33,530 nucleotides of DNA, from positions 1 through 33,530 of the forward strand of contig JALHQF010000001.1 in assembly GCA_022842085.1 (NCBI GenBank). The letters run 5' to 3'. Under the pieces are notes generated by a model that saw only the letters and a list, made by a program, of their open reading frames with translations, did no database searches and was not told the DNA's origin. Made by a program: the position numbers and the translations under genes. Shown here one piece after another: positions 28,391 to 33,530 of the stretch. How positions within the stretch are numbered: the stretch's first letter is position 1; every line of letters begins with the position of its first letter. Source of the stretch: Patescibacteria group bacterium (GTDB taxonomy: Bacteria > Patescibacteriota > UBA1384 > CAILIB01).

Positions 28391-30994
28391 CTACCAGCGC
28401 AACTGCTTTACCACCTGCTTGCGCAGCTCATCCACTACGAGGACTACGACGGCGGGCAGGAGGACAAATGCAAGGTAGGATACTGGAAGCGCCTCAACGC
28501 GCAGCATCGAAGAGAGCGGCCCCCAGTATACCGCCAGGAGCTGCACAACTCCCATCCCCACCATTGCCTTCACGAGGAACTGGTTCTTGGTCCCCAGCTG
28601 GCGAAGCGTTCGGTATGAAGACCTGGCGCTCCAAGCGTAGCCAAAGTGCGCACCAGCAAGCGCCGTGAGCGCGATCGTCTGCGCAAGAGTTGGCTCGTAC
28701 CTTAGGAAGAGCAGGTAGAGTGCCCCAACGCTTACACCCATTGTGGAACCAATGAGCAGCATGGTGGTGGCGCTCCTGCGAGTAACGAGGGTTTTCACGT
28801 TCTTGTAGCGTGCCGTCATCAGACGTCGCTCAAGCGGCTCGGAAGCCACTGCCAACACGAGCACCCCATCGGTGATGAGGTTGAGCCAGATAATCTGGGT
28901 TGGAGAGAGCGGAAGCGGCAGTGAGCCAAGCAGAGCTGCCACGGTAAGCACCACCTGGGAAATTGAGCCAGCGACAAGGTAGCCCACCACCTTGCGTAGG
29001 TTTGACGAGATGCCGCGCCCCTCTTCTACCCCCGCCGCGATGCTGCCCAGGTTGTCATCAAGTAACACAACATCGGCCGCCTCTTTAGCAACTTCCGTAC
29101 CCCCAACACCCATAGCAATTCCCACATCGGCTGCAACGAGGGCCGGGGCATCATTCACCCCATCACCTGTCATGGCCGTCGTGAGGCCCGCATGCTGGTA
29201 GGCCTCGATGATCTTAAGCTTGTCCTCAGGCACGATACGAGCAAAAACGGTCACGTCCTGTACCACCTGACCAAGCTCCTCGACGGACATTCTCCCCACA
29301 TCGTTGCCGGTTAGTACCCGATCCCCCGGTCGGAAGATTCCCGCTTCCGTTGCGAGGCTCTGTGCGGTGGCAGCTACGTCTCCAGTGATCATTGCAACGC
29401 GAATACCAGCACGCTGAAGCCGCTGTACGGCAGCTCGCACACCATCTTTCAGGCCATCCTGCATAGCCACTAAGCCGTCAAACTGGAGCGTGGGAAGCTC
29501 ATCAAGATCTGGCAGGGCACGTGACACCTTGTGAGCAAGGGCAATGACCCGCAAGCCCTGGTGCGAAAAGGCATGTACTGCCGTGATGATACGATCTGCT
29601 TCGAGGGGCGAGCAGTTGCAGCGCTCGAGCACGGCCTCAGGAGCCCCCGCCACTGAAATTCGGTAGCCATCGGCCTGGTGGAGAACGCTATGAAGCTTTT
29701 TGCGGTAGTCGAAACCTGGATCACGTACGAGCTGCCAACCCGACTCTGGCGTGAGCTTGCGTGCTAGTACCCCAAGCGCTGCTTCAGTTGGCTCTCCCTG
29801 CACCTTCCACGCTCCTTCGTGCTCGGTAAGCACCGCGCTGTTGGTAAGGTCTGCTGTCGTAGCAAGTGCGGTAAGTGTCAGCTCCCGTCCCGATGTCGAG
29901 ACTACCGAACCAATGGGCTCATACCCATGTGCCTCAACATCGTAGAGATCATCCAGTGTCCACACCTTAGCAACTGCCAACTCGTTCCGTGTGATGGTGC
30001 CGGTTTTGTCTACCGCTACTACGTCTACCGTTCCTAGTGATTCTACCGCCGGAAGCTGCTTCATGAGCACGTTTCGCTTGGCCATGCGCGTAACTCCCTT
30101 GGCCAAGACGTAGGTCATCACGACCGGAAGTCCTTCAGGGATGATGCTAATGGCCAGCGCCAAGGCGAGCGCCACCATCGAAGACGGGGCGTCCCCTCGT
30201 GCCACACCAAGCACGATGAGGAGGGTTGCCAGAATACTCACTCCGATAATGAGCTGCCTACCCAGGAGTCGAACCTCGCGCTCAAGTGGAATAGGTGTAT
30301 CAACCTCCTTGAGAGAGCCGGCAATTTTACCAAGCTCTGTGCGTACGCCCGTGCCAACCACTACCACTACTGCGCTGCCATGCGAAACGAACGTACCACT
30401 AAACACCATGTTCTTCTGGGCATGGGGTGCCAGTGGCTCGTCGCTCACAATGCTCTCTGCCCGCTTGGCTACCGGCAGTGACTCCCCGGTAAGCACCGAC
30501 TCGTCGATGAGGATCTCATGGGTGTGGAGGATACGTGCATCTGCCGGTACTCGCTCACCTTCACGCAGCTCGATGATGTCTCCTGGCACCAGCTCCCTTT
30601 CTGGTACCACGGTGATGAGCCCATTGCGGCGGGCAGTGGCATTCACGACACTGTAGCTTCGCAGCGCCGCCAAGGCGCGCTTTGCTCGACCCTCTTGTAC
30701 CACCCCAATACACGCATTGAGCACCAGCACACTGAGTACGATTAGCGCATCGGCCATCTCATTCCGCACGAAGAGCACCACTACCGCCAGGAGCAGGAGT
30801 GAGATAAGTGGACTCGCAAACTGCTTGAGAAAGCGACTGAGGAGCGTCGGCTGTGGGGCTTCTGGTAGCTCGTTGTAGCCGTACTCGGATTGGCGCTTTG
30901 TCACCTCTGCAGCACGTAGCCCCTCTTCACGGGCGTGCAAGCGATCGAGCACCTCAGTGCCCGAAATTCGGTACCAGCGATCCGTTGCCTCCAT
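28391..30994 (-). CDS. P2-type cation-transporting ATPase (Ca2+-ATPase-like)
   Basis: TGES, DKTGTITRN, MITGD and TGDGVNDAPAL. TM4 is IIPEGLP and TM6 is WLNLITDG (type II Ca2+ signature). No CPC or heavy-metal motif. Confidence 0.9.
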   Translation of the reverse strand: MEATDRWYRISGTEVLDRLHAREEGLRAAEVTKRQSEYGYNELPEAPQPTLLSRFLKQFASPLISLLLLAVVVLFVRNEMADALIVLSVLVLNACIGVVQEGRAKRALAALRSYSVVNATARRNGLITVVPERELVPGDIIELREGERVPADARILHTHEILIDESVLTGESLPVAKRAESIVSDEPLAPHAQKNMVFSGTFVSHGSAVVVVVGTGVRTELGKIAGSLKEVDTPIPLEREVRLLGRQLIIGVSILATLLIVLGVARGDAPSSMVALALALAISIIPEGLPVVMTYVLAKGVTRMAKRNVLMKQLPAVESLGTVDVVAVDKTGTITRNELAVAKVWTLDDLYDVEAHGYEPIGSVVSTSGRELTLTALATTADLTNSAVLTEHEGAWKVQGEPTEAALGVLARKLTPESGWQLVRDPGFDYRKKLHSVLHQADGYRISVAGAPEAVLERCNCSPLEADRIITAVHAFSHQGLRVIALAHKVSRALPDLDELPTLQFDGLVAMQDGLKDGVRAAVQRLQRAGIRVAMITGDVAATAQSLATEAGIFRPGDRVLTGNDVGRMSVEELGQVVQDVTVFARIVPEDKLKIIEAYQHAGLTTAMTGDGVNDAPALVAADVGIAMGVGGTEVAKEAADVVLLDDNLGSIAAGVEEGRGISSNLRKVVGYLVAGSISQVVLTVAALLGSLPLPLSPTQIIWLNLITDGVLVLAVASEPLERRLMTARYKNVKTLVTRRSATTMLLIGSTMGVSVGALYLLFLRYEPTLAQTIALTALAGAHFGYAWSARSSYRTLRQLGTKNQFLVKAMVGMGVVQLLAVYWGPLSSMLRVEALPVSYLAFVLLPAVVVLVVDELRKQVVKQLRW

Positions 30995-31000
30995 GTGAAT

Positions 31001-31006
31001 AGTATA
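31001..31006 (-). promoter_or_regulatory. Candidate -10 hexamer TATACT, 6 nt upstream of the ATPase ATG
   Basis: The reverse strand reads GG TATACT ATTCAC ATG, in the 13-bp gap after the phosphatase stop. Confidence 0.4.
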
Positions 31007-31007
31007 C

Positions 31008-31586
31008 CTACTTCAGCAGACGGCGGGCGAATGTTGCATTCGCGATTTGTGGAACGAGCGATGCGGCTTCGAGCGGATCAACTCCGTCGATACACGCCAG
31101 AAGCGTACGAATAAAGCTTCCATGGCTCACAGCAATAACCGTTCCGCTCACATGATTTGATGCGAGCTTTTCTAGAAAGAGTCGAGCGCGCTCTGCCATT
31201 GAGGCAATAGACTCGACGCCTAGTGCACTCGTCAGCACAAGCTCCCCGCCCGGTTGACGAATGTACGCATCGCCCGATTTCCAGGTACCAACCTCACTGC
31301 CCGCCATGGGCCCGTAGTCGCGCTCCCGCAGCAGAGGCTCTAGCTCTAGGGGTACTCCGAGTTTCTCCACGGCAGGCTTAGCAGTGCCAACTGCTCGTAG
31401 AAGAGGGCTCGAAAGTACCCGTACGCTGCCACTCGCACGGTTAGTAAGAAGCCCACCAAGCAACTCCGCCTGCGCAAGACCTTTCTCTGTTAAGGAAACC
31501 GTATCGTGGGGAAACGTCCCGTCCACGTTTGCTTCACTCTCTCCATGGCGCACAAGGTAGAGATCTATCACGTTTCGAGTATCCAC
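31008..31586 (-). CDS. Histidine phosphatase family protein (phosphoglycerate-mutase-like)
   Basis: LYLVRHGESEAN (RHG motif) and a second catalytic His in AVSHGSFIR. GTG start. Confidence 0.85.
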   Translation of the reverse strand: MDTRNVIDLYLVRHGESEANVDGTFPHDTVSLTEKGLAQAELLGGLLTNRASGSVRVLSSPLLRAVGTAKPAVEKLGVPLELEPLLRERDYGPMAGSEVGTWKSGDAYIRQPGGELVLTSALGVESIASMAERARLFLEKLASNHVSGTVIAVSHGSFIRTLLACIDGVDPLEAASLVPQIANATFARRLLK

Positions 31587-31634
31587 CAGTTCACTAACCT
31601 GGACAACAACCTAAGATTTTGCTATCGCTACCGC

Positions 31635-32129
31635 ATGAGACGCACCGCTCTCGCCATGCTCCTCGGAGCGTTAACAATCACTGCCATTGCCCAAACCACG
31701 GGCCCCGAAACCCTTCAGCAGCTACGTGCTAAGCAGCGCGAGTTCCTAACCGGCGCCGAGCAGGTAAACCGCCTGCCCGATCCCAGCATGGACCGCGCCT
31801 TCCCGAGTGCACTCAAGTTCTGCAGGAAAGACGGTGTCGCCGGTCTCTGGGTTCCTGCCGAACTCAATGGCCTCACTGTCATGGTGGCACGCAATAACCT
31901 GGAGATGAATGCTCAGTTTGGCTTTGAGGACACGATTCCTAAAGAAATTCGGGTCGGCACCCTCAAGCACGGCACATTCTTTCCGCTCCCCAACCAGCAT
32001 GTCGCCCAAGCCCCAGGCACGCTCTACACCATGAGCCTCAAGCTGACGGTCGAAGGCAAAACGCTGGCGTGCAGCCGCACACTGCCAACCCTCCCGAGCA
32101 CACTCCCCGAGTGGAGTAGCCTCAACTAA
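31635..32129 (+). CDS. Hypothetical secreted protein (signal peptide MRRTALAMLLGALTITAIAQ)
   Basis: The start is moved from the track's 31506, which overlaps the phosphatase gene, to ATG at 31635. It has a classic n-h-c signal peptide. No family recognised. Confidence 0.6.
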   Translation: MRRTALAMLLGALTITAIAQTTGPETLQQLRAKQREFLTGAEQVNRLPDPSMDRAFPSALKFCRKDGVAGLWVPAELNGLTVMVARNNLEMNAQFGFEDTIPKEIRVGTLKHGTFFPLPNQHVAQAPGTLYTMSLKLTVEGKTLACSRTLPTLPSTLPEWSSLN

Positions 32130-32135
32130 CTACGG

Positions 32136-32163
32136 CCCCTCGCATTACGCGAGGGGTTCTTTT
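32136..32163 (+). terminator. Hairpin plus T-rich tail after the secreted-protein gene; the msrB stop codon lies in the loop
   Basis: cccctcgc / attac / gcgagggg, followed by ttcttttg. The 3' arm encodes the last msrB codons on the other strand. Confidence 0.6.
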
Positions 32164-32531
32164 GCTGCTGGAATAAAGAGGAGGGCAGCCGAGTTCATGC
32201 AGTACCGCAAGCCAGTTGGCTTCGGTCCATCCTCAAACACATGCCCGAGGTGTCCTTTGCAGGTAGCGCAGCGTACTTCATCTCGCAGCATCCCGTGCGA
32301 GGTATCGCCATGTATTTCGACCCTCGATGCATCTGAAACATCCCAGAAGCTTGGCCAACCGGTTCCGGAGTTGTACTTTTGGGAAGCGTCAAAGAGTAAA
32401 CTGCCACAGGCAGCGCACTGGTAGCTCCCAGCGCGCTTTTCGTTCCAGTATGCGTTGTCGAAGGGTGGCTCGGTACCGTGCTCGAAGAGCACGCGGTACT
32501 GCTCAGCGGTAAGGTGCGGGTAGCGACTCAT
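32145..32531 (-). CDS. msrB: Peptide-methionine (R)-S-oxide reductase
   Basis: Two Zn CxxC pairs (CAACGS, CATCKGHLGHVF), GWPSF, and RYCMNS with the catalytic Cys. Confidence 0.93.
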   Translation of the reverse strand: MSRYPHLTAEQYRVLFEHGTEPPFDNAYWNEKRAGSYQCAACGSLLFDASQKYNSGTGWPSFWDVSDASRVEIHGDTSHGMLRDEVRCATCKGHLGHVFEDGPKPTGLRYCMNSAALLFIPAAKEPLA

Positions 32532-33530
32532 GCCGCTACGGGCATAGCCGCGCTTAGTACAAGTGCACCGTCCTTCCAGCCAAGCTCTACCTCGGCACCC
32601 TCGTGCACTTTGCCCGAAAGAAGCGCCTCGGCAAGTGGCTGCTCCACCTCCCGCTTTACCGTACGGCGAAGCTCCCTTGCGCCATACACACTACTGAATC
32701 CAGCTTCAGCAAGGTGCTCGCGAAGCTCTGTAGTAAACGTGAGGACAACCCCCTGAGCATGTGCAAGACGCGCCACTCGCGCCAGCTGGAGCTCCACAAT
32801 TTGAGCAATGCCCTCTTTAGTAAGAGGCTCAAATACGACTACTTCATCGAGGCGGTTAATGAGCTCTGGACGGAAGAATTGCCTTAGCACAGGCTCAAAC
32901 TCTGTCCGACCTGGTGAGGCGGTCTTCTTGCTATCGAAACCAATGCTCGTACTCTTGCCCTGGAAGAGCTCGCTCCCGAGGTTGCTCGTGAGAATAACCA
33001 CCGTGTTGCTGAAGTCTACGGTACGGCCCTTGCCATCAGTGAGACGGCCGTCCTCGAGAATTTGCAGCAGCACATTTGCTACTTCCGGATGTGCTTTCTC
33101 AATCTCATCGAGGAGCACAACGGTGTACGGGTTGCGGCGCACTTTCTCGGTAAGCTGACCAGCATCATCGTGTCCAACGTAGCCTGGGGGCGCACCGATC
33201 ATGCGGGCAACGGTGTGCCTCTCGCCGTACTCACTCATGTCTAGTCGCACCATGGCTTCTTCACTCCCAAATACCGATTCGGCAAGTGCTTTTGTGAGCT
33301 CGGTTTTCCCTACACCTGTGGGACCTACGAACAGGAAGGAGGCAATAGGCCGTCGACCGTCGGTAAGGCCTGCCCGCGCGACACGCACGGCATGCGCCAC
33401 AGCTGCTACGGCTTGGTCTTGCCCGATCACACGCTCTTTTAGACGAACTTCGAGATTGAGGAGCTTCTCACGCTCTATGGCGGTGAGCTCAGCCACGGGG
33501 ACGCCGGTAATTTTACTGACTACGGCAGCA
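32528..33530 (-). CDS. Clp/Hsp100 AAA+ chaperone, ClpB/ClpC family (3' part only; the N-terminus lies beyond the right window edge)
   Basis: D2 module: the frame stays open to the window edge (...AAVVSKITGVPVAELTAIEREKLL), then VIGQDQAV, Walker A GPTGVGKTEL, Walker B VVLLDEIEKAH, sensor GAR, and the C-terminal small D2 domain. ATGA overlap with msrB. Confidence 0.9.
   Translation of the reverse strand, partial: AAVVSKITGVPVAELTAIEREKLLNLEVRLKERVIGQDQAVAAVAHAVRVARAGLTDGRRPIASFLFVGPTGVGKTELTKALAESVFGSEEAMVRLDMSEYGERHTVARMIGAPPGYVGHDDAGQLTEKVRRNPYTVVLLDEIEKAHPEVANVLLQILEDGRLTDGKGRTVDFSNTVVILTSNLGSELFQGKSTSIGFDSKKTASPGRTEFEPVLRQFFRPELINRLDEVVVFEPLTKEGIAQIVELQLARVARLAHAQGVVLTFTTELREHLAEAGFSSVYGARELRRTVKREVEQPLAEALLSGKVHEGAEVELGWKDGALVLSAAMPVAA

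Noticed and set aside
1-33530. CRISPR arrays, IS elements, integrases, prophage or defence-island signatures, long direct or tandem repeats
   Set aside because: None seen on either strand. Composition is uniform except for the 6.47-6.66 kb spacer and the slightly atypical ORF at 1005..1511.

Overview
This is a compact, moderately GC-rich bacterial chromosomal segment with about 34 protein genes and almost no intergenic DNA. I saw no rRNA, tRNA, CRISPR array, transposase, integrase or long repeat. Taxon cannot be assigned from sequence alone; the compaction and gene mix would fit a streamlined uncultured bacterium.

**Gene content, left to right**
- **Type IV pilus motor genes:** pilC, which is partial, sits on the minus strand and is missing from the supplied ORF track. 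pilB follows it, and pilT lies separately at about 25.4-26.5 kb.
- **Replication, repair and housekeeping:** dnaX with a translationally coupled small ferredoxin, then xth and mscL.
- **A 13-kb alpha-glucan (glycogen-like) locus, 6.6-19.8 kb:**
  - an overlapping GT4 glycosyltransferase and GH57 amylase-type hydrolase pair;
  - a eukaryote-type GT3 glycogen synthase preceded by a small conserved ORF;
  - a GDE_C amylo-alpha-1,6-glucosidase;
  - a short-type GT35 alpha-glucan phosphorylase;
  - a stand-alone GH15 domain that closely resembles the N-terminal domain of phosphorylase kinase alpha/beta.
  - Interleaved with these are an alkyltransferase-like (ATL) protein, membrane proteins, an orphan beta-ketoacyl synthase and a variant PlsC-type acyltransferase.
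- **Repair and a dTTP module:** an AlkA-like glycosylase, then long-form thyX, tmk and long-form dcd.
- **Remaining genes:** alr, a truncated pgl-like gene, a Cys-rich mini-protein, a Ca2+-type P-type ATPase, a histidine phosphatase, a secreted hypothetical, msrB and the 3' part of a clpB/clpC gene.

**Most interesting observations**
1. The eukaryote-like glycogen toolkit is concentrated in one locus. No glgC or GH13 glgB is present in this window.
2. PilB carries an N-terminal HU/IHF-like domain that is acidic and has shortened arms.
3. A TAnnnT hexamer lies 6-8 nt upstream of the start codon at 13 genes. This implies widespread leaderless transcription.
4. Compaction is extreme: start codons share CATG, convergent stop codons share CTAG, and terminator hairpins carry the stop codon of the opposing gene in the loop.
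5. Several unexplained orphan genes are embedded in otherwise coherent operons.

All family assignments come from reading motifs by eye; no database search was run.
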